The notes below the pieces were generated by a model. That model had not been told where the DNA came from. It made no database searches and saw only the letters and a program-made list of their open reading frames with translations. A DNA stretch of 64,000 bases from Candidatus Adlerbacteria bacterium (GTDB lineage Bacteria > Patescibacteriota > Minisyncoccia > Phycocordibacterales > SBAW01), in the NCBI GenBank assembly GCA_043784925.1, contig JAYVXU010000025.1:22649-86648 (forward strand), written 5' to 3'. This document shows, in pieces, positions 44,614 through 54,012 of this stretch. A program made the position numbers and the translations under genes. Position 1 is the stretch's first letter. The number at the start of each line of letters is the position of its first letter.

Positions 44614-45990
44614 CTAGTGCTGAGCGTTTTGTACTAATTTCACTGCGTAATCAGGCCACCAAGTACCTGCACCTGGGCCACCGTTACAATACCCGTCACT
44701 TTCTCCTGGGACTTTAAGCCATAAGTAGGCGTCTATAAGCGGGTTCCCACTTGCCGATGTGGGGGTGGGCCCAATAGCGCTTCCTGTTGGGTTACACCAC
44801 TGCCCATTACTTCCAGCGCCATTGCGAGAAGTATCAATGATAAAATGTTTCCCCCCAACTTTCTGACTCACGTCACCCCCGTACTGAGCTTCGTTGTTGG
44901 TTGAAATAAAGTTTGAAACATTGACGGCAAAACCGTCTGCATTTTTTATGCCTGCATCATTTAGTCTTTGGCCCATAACTCCTGCTTCTATCCAGTTAGA
45001 ATGTCCGGCATCAATGTAAACTTTGGTATTAGCATTCCTTTTGAGAATAGAAGTTGCTTGTGAGATGAGGGATAAACGGGTTGACTGGTCGTTTGATGAT
45101 AAGCATCCCATCTGAGACAAAGCGTCAGGTTCAAGTATAACTATCGCTTTTCCTGAGCCAATGCCCTGGGCCAAGTTGGTAATCCAGTTTATATACCCGT
45201 CTGGGTTGTTTGAGCCACCACTTGAGTAACCTCCACAGTCGCGCTGAGGGATATTATAGGCCACCAGAAGGGCTGCAGTATTTTGATTTGTAGCTGCTGA
45301 CACTAAAGCGCGAACATCGTTTTGAACATTACTGTTCCAATCTCCAAACCATTTTGCCGTTGGTTGTGTAGCGAGCAAGTTCATGGCTGAAGAACCGGTG
45401 GGGTAATTTTGCCAAACGCTTTTTTGTTGGGCAGCTTTTGAATTTGGGTCTACGTATAATTTAATATCTTGAACGGGGTTTTGAGTTATATTCGGTGTAG
45501 GCAGGGGAGAGGGCGCAGGAGTTGGCGCAAGTTGGGGCGCAGGAGCCGGAGTAAAACTTGCAGTACTTACGGGGTCGATGTACACCGCAACTGATTGCTG
45601 TCCTATTATCACACCATTTTTTCGCGCAATAAAGTTAATGCTGTATGGACCATTGCCGTGCCAATTCCACGCGGTCACATCAACGGAGGCTTCTTTGTGT
45701 GGGTAACCGACGGAAGAGGTGTCCATAACATTCCACTTTCCTCCGTCAACTTCCCAGAGCATGTCATATTGAGATGCGTCTAGCCCAGTGACGACGGCTT
45801 TAAAAGGCTGCACTCCTTGCAAGTGAGCACCACTGGTTGGCCACCATACTTCGATAGGCATAGATGCTGCGTGTGCTGATAGAGGAATTGCACTAGTAAA
45901 GATAAAACTAAAAATTGTTACTACTGATAAAATTACATTACTAATTATTTTTTTACTATATGGATTTATTTTTTCAATCATCATTGTCAC
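44614..45990 (-). CDS. Secreted glycoside hydrolase family 6 (cellulase) with N-terminal beta-rich domain and Pro-rich linker
   Basis: GH6 signature 1 VAYNIPQRDCGG (V.Y..P.RDC) and signature 2 VILEPDALSQ (EPD[SA]L). PAPAPQLAPTPAPSPLPTP linker. N-terminal TM/signal. Confidence 0.8.
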   Translation of the reverse strand: MTMMIEKINPYSKKIISNVILSVVTIFSFIFTSAIPLSAHAASMPIEVWWPTSGAHLQGVQPFKAVVTGLDASQYDMLWEVDGGKWNVMDTSSVGYPHKEASVDVTAWNWHGNGPYSINFIARKNGVIIGQQSVAVYIDPVSTASFTPAPAPQLAPTPAPSPLPTPNITQNPVQDIKLYVDPNSKAAQQKSVWQNYPTGSSAMNLLATQPTAKWFGDWNSNVQNDVRALVSAATNQNTAALLVAYNIPQRDCGGYSSGGSNNPDGYINWITNLAQGIGSGKAIVILEPDALSQMGCLSSNDQSTRLSLISQATSILKRNANTKVYIDAGHSNWIEAGVMGQRLNDAGIKNADGFAVNVSNFISTNNEAQYGGDVSQKVGGKHFIIDTSRNGAGSNGQWCNPTGSAIGPTPTSASGNPLIDAYLWLKVPGESDGYCNGGPGAGTWWPDYAVKLVQNAQH

Positions 45991-46179
45991 TACAAAGTGT
46001 AGCGTTGATGAAAGATTGACAGCAATAGAATTTGTATCCTCAGATGAAGATTTGATTAAAAAGCTTTATATAGAGCCTCAGGATATCTTCATAAATGAAG
46101 CTGAAGAACACATTTGTCTGAATTTTGTCTTTTTTCACATCAGATTCAGGTACTTTTGCGATAGTAACTGAAGTCTGCA

Positions 46180-46223
46180 GAACGACTTAAGAACGACTTA
46201 AAAGAGATACCAAAGAGATACCA
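46180..46223. repeat. Two pairs of perfect 11-bp tandem direct repeats (GAACGACTTAA x2, AAGAGATACCA x2)
   Basis: Read directly: 46180-46190 = 46191-46201, and 46202-46212 = 46213-46223. Helical-turn periodicity. Located between the HK/RR operon 3' end and the GH6 gene upstream region. Confidence 0.8.
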
Positions 46224-46266
46224 ATTAATTTATTTTTTACACATTTAGCTCAACTCGTTACACTAT

Positions 46267-47337
46267 TTAGAAATACCCTCCTTTTTTATATTGAGAAAAA
46301 TCCATAGTAATTTCATTTTCACGTTGTTCTTGAGCTTCAGCTGGGGAAGGAGCGATTGTATAGCGAGCAGGTTTGGAAGGAAAATGCACTAAAACAGTAG
46401 TGCCTTGATTAGCAACACTTTTGATAGTTATTTTCCCTCTATGTACGCGCACTAACTCGCTTGCGATAGTAAGTCCTAACCCACTACCCGTTTTAAGCAC
46501 TGTTCTGTCGCGCGAAGTGTCCACTCTATAAAAAGGGTCAAATATGTGCGCAAGATCTTTGGGTGCAATACCAATACCACGGTCTGCTACTGAAAAAACT
46601 ATAGTGCCTCTGTGGTCGGGTTTGACGGACACCACAACCGTTATGCCGCGTCCCTGGGGGGTGTAGCTAATGGCATTTTTTATAATGTTTGTCATTATCT
46701 GCTCGAGCGCAGTTGCATTGCCCCATACAATCCGTGACTTATGTTTCTCGAGCGTGAGGTATACCTCCCTTTCTTTCGCAAAGTCAGAAAGATGATCGGC
46801 TACCTGGTCGAGCAAGGGACCCAAATCAATTTTGGAAAATTCAATTCTCTCAGGACGAGTCAAGGCGTTAAGTGAAAGAAGATTGTTTATTATGTCCGAG
46901 ATTCGCTCGAGTTCGCGCAATACTTCGCTATGCACTTCAAGAGTAGATTCAGGGAGTGTGTCGTCCAGAAGCGCTACTTCAGTCGAGGTCTTAATGGTGG
47001 ACAAGGGGGTACGAAGTTCGTGAGCAATGTTACTGATAAATAATTTTTGATAGTAAAGTATTTCTCGAACCGGTTTAAGAGCAATAGCAGCAAACAGAAG
47101 GGTGCACCCAACAGCACCTATTAGTAGGGCTGCAAAAGCAAAGGCGCTATAGTGCGGCAACCGGGTACTTACAAGGAATGCAAAAAGGCACGTGCTTGCA
47201 AATCCAATTGAAAGAGCACTTAGATTTAAGATAGTGCGGAAAAAGAGATCATTCTTGTACCTCCCCCGTAAGCCGATACCCGACTCCGCGTACTGTCTCA
47301 AAAAGTCTCGCACTGTCTTGTCCTGTATCTGAGCCAT
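46267..47337 (-). CDS. Sensor histidine kinase
   Basis: Two N-terminal TM, H-box AHELRTPL, HATPase_c motifs (GLGLTIASELV). Overlaps the RR gene 3' end by 89 nt. Alternative GTG/TTG starts also overlap. Confidence 0.85.
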   Translation of the reverse strand: MAQIQDKTVRDFLRQYAESGIGLRGRYKNDLFFRTILNLSALSIGFASTCLFAFLVSTRLPHYSAFAFAALLIGAVGCTLLFAAIALKPVREILYYQKLFISNIAHELRTPLSTIKTSTEVALLDDTLPESTLEVHSEVLRELERISDIINNLLSLNALTRPERIEFSKIDLGPLLDQVADHLSDFAKEREVYLTLEKHKSRIVWGNATALEQIMTNIIKNAISYTPQGRGITVVVSVKPDHRGTIVFSVADRGIGIAPKDLAHIFDPFYRVDTSRDRTVLKTGSGLGLTIASELVRVHRGKITIKSVANQGTTVLVHFPSKPARYTIAPSPAEAQEQRENEITMDFSQYKKGGYF

Positions 47338-47950
47338 GTTCTAATTTTTTTCGTAAGTTTTTCATATGAACATCAAGCACGTTGCTCCACGAGAGGGAAT
47401 TGAAATCCCATACATGGTCAAACAAAAATTCTCGTGAAAGTACTTTGTTTGGCTCGCGCATAAAACACTCAAGAAGTGCGAATTCTTTAAGGGTCAACGA
47501 CACTTCAGCCCCGTCTTGTCGTACAACTCGGGTGCCGGTATCCATCTCGAGTGGCCCTACTTTAATAACTACAGACTTGGTGAGTGCAGGCCTTCGAAGT
47601 ACTGAATTCATGCGAGCAAGCAATTCTCCAAAAGAGAAAGGTTTGACGATATAGTCGTCGGCACCTTTATTGAGTAGGTCTATTTTGTGTTCGGTTTCGT
47701 TGCGCGCCGTCAAAATAATAATAGGGGTGGTAACATTTTCGCTTCGCACTTTTTCGGTAATCATTTCACCTCCAATACCAGGTAGCATAAGATCAAGGAT
47801 AATAAGGTCGTACTCGTCTCGGTAGAGTAAAATTCGGCTCAACGCTTTTTCGCTGTCAGACAACCAGTCTACAGCGTAGCCTTTCATTTCAAGGCCTTTT
47901 TTGAGAGCCTTTGCAAGCTTCTCTTCGTCTTCAACTATAAGTAGATGCAT
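47249..47950 (-). CDS. OmpR-family response regulator
   Basis: Receiver domain (LIVEDEEKLAKAL...DLMLPG) plus winged-helix C-terminal domain (VWDFN...RLTGEV). Confidence 0.85.
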   Translation of the reverse strand: MHLLIVEDEEKLAKALKKGLEMKGYAVDWLSDSEKALSRILLYRDEYDLIILDLMLPGIGGEMITEKVRSENVTTPIIILTARNETEHKIDLLNKGADDYIVKPFSFGELLARMNSVLRRPALTKSVVIKVGPLEMDTGTRVVRQDGAEVSLTLKEFALLECFMREPNKVLSREFLFDHVWDFNSLSWSNVLDVHMKNLRKKLEHGSDTGQDSARLFETVRGVGYRLTGEVQE

Positions 47951-47986
47951 ACTAAATTTCTTAAATTAATTATTTCTGAAGTTACT

Positions 47987-48139
47987 CTACGCAATAGGAT
48001 TTTTTCCTTGAATAAGTCGCAAAAGCACCATAATAATTGCTATTACAAGCAGGATATGGATGAGGGAGCCCACAACGTGGAACGCCACTACTCCCAGGAG
48101 CCACAAGATCACAAGAATAGCTGCTATCGTGTACAACAT
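47987..48139 (-). CDS. Lmo0937-family small membrane protein (50 aa)
   Basis: MLYTIAAILVILWLLGVVAFHVVGSLIHILLVIAIIMVLLRLIQGKNPIA matches the conserved about 50-aa two-TM family. Below the ORF-track length cutoff. Confidence 0.6.
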   Translation of the reverse strand: MLYTIAAILVILWLLGVVAFHVVGSLIHILLVIAIIMVLLRLIQGKNPIA

Positions 48140-48228
48140 AATTTTGAGTTTAGTTAATAATACACTCTATTATCTTCATAAACCACATGTGGGAAACATG
48201 AAGAAACCAGATAAGGTTAAAAAAACCC

Positions 48229-50283
48229 TTATTTTTCAACGTATTGTTGAGTTGTGGGATGCAAATGTAGAGATCCCTCCGAACCATTAATTGTTACTGT
48301 TGTGCCGGGTTTATAAGGAGTGTTTGAATGGTCTATGACGACCGGTATTTGGTATTCCCGCGCCACAATTGCCAAATGTGAAAGTATTCCTCCTTCGCGG
48401 GAAATAATCCCGGCAATGGTGCCCATGTATTGAGTCAGTTCAGGGACAAGGCGATCAACAAGTAAAATGCTCCCAGGAATGATTGGGCCAGACAGGTCGC
48501 ATATAAATCCTGTCGCCACACCCGTAGACACTCCAATGACTGCTGTGTTTTGTGGTTCTAACACACTCGCTATTACTGAAGGCAATATGTACCGTGACTC
48601 TGCTTCAAATTTTTTCTTGCGAGCCTCAAGTTGTGCGCTATCAAATTGCATATTTTTTATTTCATCTAAATGTAGGAAATATACAAGTGAAAGGTCAGCA
48701 AGCTTGCCCTCTATATGTTTTATTAATGCTTTTCGCAGTCCGTTCATTGCTAGAACGCTGAGCCGCCGCCCTTCTTCTCGAAGTTCTGCATATTCTTGCG
48801 CCATAACAACAGTAGGTTGCAGCTTTTCCTTTATTGCTGGAAGAAGAGTTGACCATATCTCAATTTCAGTATGGGTTTTGCTTGTAGACGAGATGCTATT
48901 GGCAGTAAAAGGGGACTCGTCTCCTATGTTTATAGAATTACCTAGTAAAGTTGAAAATACTTCTATTAATGAGGGATCAAGTGGATAGGATTTGTTCAGA
49001 GGAAGGGAAATAAATTCAGAAGATGTTCCTATTGAAGAGGTTAGAGCCTCCATAATTTTAAGTGCTTTATCCGCAAGCACGTTCACCATAAAAACTTGCT
49101 CATATATTTGGTCAAAACGAACGAGCCATAGAGCCCACCCTTTCTCTCCTTTGAGTTCTTCTACAAGTTCTTTCATACTTGCCCGCAACTGTGCACGAAG
49201 TGCAGCAGGCGGTTGTAGAGGTAGTTTTTTGAATCGTTGGATATTTTTATGGCTGGTCCAAATGCCGCTTAATTGTCCTACGTGAGGGGTAAGTGTTTTT
49301 CCTCCAAAATAGGAATAGGCAGGAAAAAATTGTTTGATCTCTTTTTCTTTATCTATATAGGGGTGTGAGACAAACTCACGAAATATGGTATCTGCTTTAA
49401 ATTCTATCTGTAAGGATTTGTATACTCTCCCAATCGCCCCCTGTTGTGTATGGAGTAACTGTAAAATTTCATAGGAAAGCGGTGTGGATTGTACGAACGC
49501 TTCGCTCAAGGTTGTTTGGTCAAAATAATATGGCGGGTCTTTTACTTCTTGCTCAATGAAGCAGTATCCTTCATACCGCTCGCGCGACACGGTGGTTACC
49601 GGGCGAGTTTGGACAATGTATAATTTGTGATCTGACGCGAGCACCCACTCTATATCTTGAGGGAAGTTATATTTTTTTTCGATTTGCTCGGCCGCGACTG
49701 TTAGTCGCTGTAAACCAGGAAATAATTCTTTTATGATGGGGGAATTGTGTACCATTGAAACTCTTTCAACTGGACCGCCACCTACCACTTTATTTTCTGT
49801 ACCTTTCGTCCACTCCACAATCATTTCCCGTCCAACAATTGGATTTCGAGTAAACACCACGCCTGCGTATTCGGGTTCAATATATTTTTGGATAATAATT
49901 GAAAATGGTTTTGTGTCAGTTGCTGAGCCTTTGATTTGCGCATCATGAATAACTTCCATGATCGCGGTGCCAATTTCCGAGGCCTTAATATTGAGGAGGC
50001 TTTTAAATTGTCCCGCTTGTGAGTGGGTAGCCTGGTCCTCACTGAGAGCTGCAGAACGCACAGCAAATCTCATCGTGTTGAGCGACTCTGCTTCTTTTGT
50101 GACGTTGATAAGAATTAGCTCTGCTCCTTCAGAGTCCTTACCCATTTGTTCGACTACAGCCGCACGAATAACAACAAAGGGTGGGACGGTAAACCCGGCT
50201 TGAATAAGCTCAGCCAAACGCACTGCTTTTGCTCCTATCCCAGTTGCGTTCCTTAGTATCTCCTCACTACTAGTTGTCACCAT
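48229..50283 (-). CDS. PEP-synthase/rifampicin-phosphotransferase-like protein (PPDK_N ATP-grasp domain plus C-terminal PEP-utilizer swivel domain)
   Basis: The N-terminal about 240 aa match the pyruvate phosphate dikinase AMP/ATP-binding domain. The C-terminus GGILSHLAIVAREYQIPVV has the phospho-His mobile domain. No PEP/pyruvate-binding TIM barrel. Confidence 0.7.
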   Translation of the reverse strand: MVTTSSEEILRNATGIGAKAVRLAELIQAGFTVPPFVVIRAAVVEQMGKDSEGAELILINVTKEAESLNTMRFAVRSAALSEDQATHSQAGQFKSLLNIKASEIGTAIMEVIHDAQIKGSATDTKPFSIIIQKYIEPEYAGVVFTRNPIVGREMIVEWTKGTENKVVGGGPVERVSMVHNSPIIKELFPGLQRLTVAAEQIEKKYNFPQDIEWVLASDHKLYIVQTRPVTTVSRERYEGYCFIEQEVKDPPYYFDQTTLSEAFVQSTPLSYEILQLLHTQQGAIGRVYKSLQIEFKADTIFREFVSHPYIDKEKEIKQFFPAYSYFGGKTLTPHVGQLSGIWTSHKNIQRFKKLPLQPPAALRAQLRASMKELVEELKGEKGWALWLVRFDQIYEQVFMVNVLADKALKIMEALTSSIGTSSEFISLPLNKSYPLDPSLIEVFSTLLGNSINIGDESPFTANSISSTSKTHTEIEIWSTLLPAIKEKLQPTVVMAQEYAELREEGRRLSVLAMNGLRKALIKHIEGKLADLSLVYFLHLDEIKNMQFDSAQLEARKKKFEAESRYILPSVIASVLEPQNTAVIGVSTGVATGFICDLSGPIIPGSILLVDRLVPELTQYMGTIAGIISREGGILSHLAIVAREYQIPVVIDHSNTPYKPGTTVTINGSEGSLHLHPTTQQYVEK

Positions 50284-51493
50284 ATTTTTTATAGAATCCT
50301 ACACCTGACACCGTGTGCGCTACTCCTTGGTCGAGCAGTGTGCCTTCAACATATCCCTTTGTTGACCCTACTTCGAAAGGTGTACGAAGGCTGACGTTAA
50401 TATTTTCAATAGCAAGCTCGGGAATGTTGCCCGTAAAGTTGTGAAGCTGGTCGGAATACAAAAGGACACCAGTAAATGCTTTACGGGAGCTTGCGCTTAA
50501 GTTACGTCGAAGCGCCCAAAGGTGGGACGAGTAATGAGGTGATTCCTCTGTCACCCGTGACTTATCTAAAAGATAAAATGTACCCACTTCATCCCAAAGT
50601 ACAATTTGCGTTGCATCTGATTTGAGTTCATTGAACCCCTCAAAAAATATAGTAGGACGGGAGTCTGTAGAATAAATTCGTTGATATAAAACCTTGCCAC
50701 TAATTGTGTCGTGCGAACTTTGAACTGTAGCATCTCCTACACTTATATACTCAGTATTTTCGGGTTCGTTTTTAACTAAAAAATCTCCTTGTAGCTCACT
50801 TGTTTTCATACTATAAGTAACCCCATTGCGAGTAAACGAAAAATTAAATCTCTCCCGCGATGAATGGTCGGGGGCTACTTGACGTGCAAATGTTGTAAAT
50901 AAAAGAGTGGGCAATACAGAGGGTTCAGGAGATAGTTGGCTCTCGTATCCTTTACTCGTATTTTCAGCATTAATTGTTGATAATAAATAGTAATGTAAAA
51001 AACTTCCATGTGGTTGCTCAACCCGATTTGCAAAGATTTCCAACACCAGTGGCTCCCCATTTGTTTTATGGCCCACAAACATAAACCTATCTGAATAAAA
51101 TTGATGACCGCTTGTAGTTTGAGTGCCAGGTGTAGTAGTTGCAGTGGTCGGTGTTGGATAATAATAAACGATTGGAGTTTGGGGTCGAAATACATGGAGA
51201 AGTCCATACGACCACAGGGCGAGTATGGTCAGAGTTGCACAAAATAAAAATAGCCACCTCATTCGTGTGTTGTGAAAAAGCTGACTTATCATTGGGGTAA
51301 TTGATGCGAATGTTCCTAAAACAATTGCTCCAACAAAAGCCCACGCCTGGCCCACTTGGCTTCCTAATGAAAATAGGACATCTGGTGGCAAAACTGCAAA
51401 AGTCGGCTGGGGGAGCGCACTCACTCCAACCAAGACTCCTAAAAATAAAAATCCCATTTGCAAAAAAGAAACCCTGCTCATTTCCTCAAGCAT
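50270..51493 (-). CDS. Membrane protein (3 N-terminal TM plus extracytoplasmic domain), hypothetical; translationally coupled to the PPDK-like gene
   Basis: 407 aa. 14-nt overlap with the downstream gene. No family recognised. Confidence 0.45.
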   Translation of the reverse strand: MLEEMSRVSFLQMGFLFLGVLVGVSALPQPTFAVLPPDVLFSLGSQVGQAWAFVGAIVLGTFASITPMISQLFHNTRMRWLFLFCATLTILALWSYGLLHVFRPQTPIVYYYPTPTTATTTPGTQTTSGHQFYSDRFMFVGHKTNGEPLVLEIFANRVEQPHGSFLHYYLLSTINAENTSKGYESQLSPEPSVLPTLLFTTFARQVAPDHSSRERFNFSFTRNGVTYSMKTSELQGDFLVKNEPENTEYISVGDATVQSSHDTISGKVLYQRIYSTDSRPTIFFEGFNELKSDATQIVLWDEVGTFYLLDKSRVTEESPHYSSHLWALRRNLSASSRKAFTGVLLYSDQLHNFTGNIPELAIENINVSLRTPFEVGSTKGYVEGTLLDQGVAHTVSGVGFYKKYGDN

Positions 51494-51575
51494 AGCATGG
51501 AGTAAATAACCCCTTATTTGTTGGAGTAATTAAGGCGTGGTAGAGTGCGAGTATTATTTTTAGTATGTATATAGT

Positions 51576-52034
51576 ATGACGCACACAGAAGTGAGGGAGA
51601 GACCGGTTTTGTTATTTATTGGAGTCGTGTTGCTACTAATAGGAATCTACGGGGCCCTTCGAACCGTCATTAACATGGTAGCTTTTGAAAAATATCCCCA
51701 AACGGGAGTTATAGGAGCTGTGCCTTGGAGCGGTATACAGCCGGCACCTAGTTATCAGCGGGAGCAAGATTGCGAAACTTCCTACGTATATACTCCTCAG
51801 TTATTTTATGAAAAGGACGGGGTGACAAGTCGTACACCAAACGCAGACGAGAAGCTTCAAATGGAGCAACAGAAGCAATTAAATGATACCCAACTAAAAA
51901 ATTGTATCTCAGGAGTAAAAGAGGCGCGTGATGTTGCAAAAATAAATGATATAACCCAGTCGCTGCTACTCTTGTTTCTCGGTGGGAGTGTGCTGCTTTA
52001 CCGCCGTATTTTAAAGCTGGCTTCTTGCATATAA
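51576..52034 (+). CDS. Small bitopic membrane protein, hypothetical
   Basis: 152 aa with N- and C-terminal TM helices. Confidence 0.4.
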   Translation: MTHTEVRERPVLLFIGVVLLLIGIYGALRTVINMVAFEKYPQTGVIGAVPWSGIQPAPSYQREQDCETSYVYTPQLFYEKDGVTSRTPNADEKLQMEQQKQLNDTQLKNCISGVKEARDVAKINDITQSLLLLFLGGSVLLYRRILKLASCI

Positions 52035-52118
52035 ATCTGTAAAAAGTTGACAGGTGCCGGGTTTTGTGATACACCCATTAAGGGTGGGGATTATCCTCAA
52101 TCCTAAACGGAGGGCCAC

Positions 52119-52541
52119 ATGGCCAACAAACCAGATCTTCAAGTTCTCGCTACCCTTGCCGGGCCGCGTATCGGGCGTCTTTCGAAAGCGGAATTGACCG
52201 CTACGAATGTGGCAAAGATTTTATCTATCCTCGAAATGGGGTTGGAAAGATTTCAAGCCGCACCCGTTGTTTCTACAAAAGCGCGTGCTCAGTCCCCGGA
52301 TCGGATTCAAGAGGAGGTGAACAACGATCTCCTCACGTGCCGCGAATGTGGGCGGGAGATGAAAATGTTGAAACGCCACATTTGGACCGAGCACCGGCTG
52401 ACCCCTGACAATTACCGGGATAAGTATCGCTTAACGGCTGACAGCTCTATGACGGCGCCAGGGTACGCAGCGGTTCGCTCTCACTTGGCGAAAGAGTCAG
52501 GTCTTGGTAAGAGTAACACCAAGGGTGTGGGGCGAAATTAG
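52119..52541 (+). CDS. Ros/MucR-family zinc-finger transcriptional regulator
   Basis: CRECGREMKMLKRHIWTEHRLTPDNYRDKYRL is the Ros/MucR C2H2-like zinc finger plus the conserved YR.K motif. Confidence 0.75.
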   Translation: MANKPDLQVLATLAGPRIGRLSKAELTATNVAKILSILEMGLERFQAAPVVSTKARAQSPDRIQEEVNNDLLTCRECGREMKMLKRHIWTEHRLTPDNYRDKYRLTADSSMTAPGYAAVRSHLAKESGLGKSNTKGVGRN

Positions 52542-52572
52542 GCTCACTGATTGCAGCGTTCGGTACTGTTTA

Positions 52573-52616
52573 TAGCTCGGCCCGGGGTAACACCCTAGGC
52601 CGAGCTATTTTATTTT
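52573..52616 (+). terminator. Rho-independent terminator
   Basis: TAGCTCGGCC-N15-GGCCGAGCTA, a 10-bp perfect stem, followed by TTTTATTTT. Confidence 0.75.
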
Positions 52617-52649
52617 CAAATTAGTTTCAAGTGGTTATAATAGCCTTAT

Positions 52650-53540
52650 ATGCAAAAAATAACACCACATTTTTGGTTTAACACCGAAGCGAAGGAAGCT
52701 ACTGCCTTTTACACCACTCTTTTTCCTGACTCAAAAGTGACAAGCGTGACCACAATTACTGATACACCTTCTGGCGATTGCGATATTGTGACTTTTGATT
52801 TGGCAGGGCAAAATTTTATGGCTATAAGTGCGGGGCCTTATTTTACACTCAACCCTTCAATCTCCTTGTTTGTTGTATTTAACCAGGAGTCTGAAATTGA
52901 AGAGGTTTGGAATAAGCTTAGCGATGGAGGCAAGATTTTGATGCCATACGACACTTATCCATGGGCTCAAAAATACGGTTGGCTTCAAGATAAATATGGT
53001 TTGTCATGGCAACTGTCCATGAGCGGGCCCCACAAACTCGAGCAGAAAATTACTCCTATGTTCATGTTTACGCAGGCGCAAGCGGGCAAAGCAAAAGAGG
53101 CAATTGAAGTGTATACAAATATTTTCCCTAATTCAAAAATAGAAATGCTCGTGCCTTACGAAAAAGGAGAAGGGGATACTGAAGGATTTTTGAAGCATGC
53201 GCGCTTTATATTAGCCGGACAAAATTTCATGGCCATGGATAGCTCTGGAAAGCACGAATTTATCTTTAATGAAGCTGTGTCTATGGTTGTCACCTGTGAC
53301 ACCCAAGAAGAAATTGATAGGTATTGGGAGAAATTATCTGCAGTGCCGGAGGCAGAGCAATGTGGTTGGCTCAAAGACCAGTTTGGTGTTTCGTGGCAAA
53401 TTGTCCCTACTGTACTGAGGGAAATGATGACCAAGGGCACATCAGAGCAAAGAGGGAGAGTTACTCAAGCATTCCTTAAGATGAAAAAATTTAATATTAA
53501 AACTTTAGAAGAAGCCTTTCAAAACGCACAAGACTTTTAG
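52650..53540 (+). CDS. Tandem PhnB-like / 3-demethylubiquinone-9 3-methyltransferase-domain (VOC/glyoxalase superfamily) protein
   Basis: Two repeats beginning KITPHFWF... and KITPMFMF... with the conserved D.FGVSWQI / DKYGLSWQL endings. Confidence 0.7.
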   Translation: MQKITPHFWFNTEAKEATAFYTTLFPDSKVTSVTTITDTPSGDCDIVTFDLAGQNFMAISAGPYFTLNPSISLFVVFNQESEIEEVWNKLSDGGKILMPYDTYPWAQKYGWLQDKYGLSWQLSMSGPHKLEQKITPMFMFTQAQAGKAKEAIEVYTNIFPNSKIEMLVPYEKGEGDTEGFLKHARFILAGQNFMAMDSSGKHEFIFNEAVSMVVTCDTQEEIDRYWEKLSAVPEAEQCGWLKDQFGVSWQIVPTVLREMMTKGTSEQRGRVTQAFLKMKKFNIKTLEEAFQNAQDF

Positions 53541-53999
53541 ATGCTTCAAAAAATAAAAACTAAAAATGCGTTTGACCCACGCTTCACACCGGAACTTACT
53601 CCAAAAGAAACGCTTGAACTCGGGGTTTTTGGTGGAGTATATTTTGGGGATAAGCCTAAAGAATTTCCCCAAGACTGGTTTAAAAACGCAAAATTGTCAC
53701 CCGATGGAAAGCGGCATAAGGAACTCAATTATTTCAAGGTGCATGCGAGTCAATCGCTAGCGGTGTGGCAAGCGAAGGGTTGGATACACCCGCAAGATCC
53801 ACGGGGGTGGTTTGAGTGGTACTGCAGGTACTACTTAGGACGCCGAACAGAAGATGATGAGAGGCAAATTAAACGGTGGGTCGCCATGCGAAGACACATA
53901 GCTCAAATTAAAAATAATTGCCGCACGGGCGACCTATTCTGCCGACCTGGCCAAAGACAAACCCTCCTCCACTGGGCCTATGACTCCAGAGTGATGTAA
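53541..53999 (+). CDS. Conserved hypothetical protein (152 aa)
   Basis: Starts 1 nt after the PhnB-like gene. W/Y/R-rich motif GWFEWYCRYYLGRR. No family confidently recognised. Confidence 0.4.
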   Translation: MLQKIKTKNAFDPRFTPELTPKETLELGVFGGVYFGDKPKEFPQDWFKNAKLSPDGKRHKELNYFKVHASQSLAVWQAKGWIHPQDPRGWFEWYCRYYLGRRTEDDERQIKRWVAMRRHIAQIKNNCRTGDLFCRPGQRQTLLHWAYDSRVM

Positions 54000-54012
54000 A
54001 AAAGTTTAAAAA

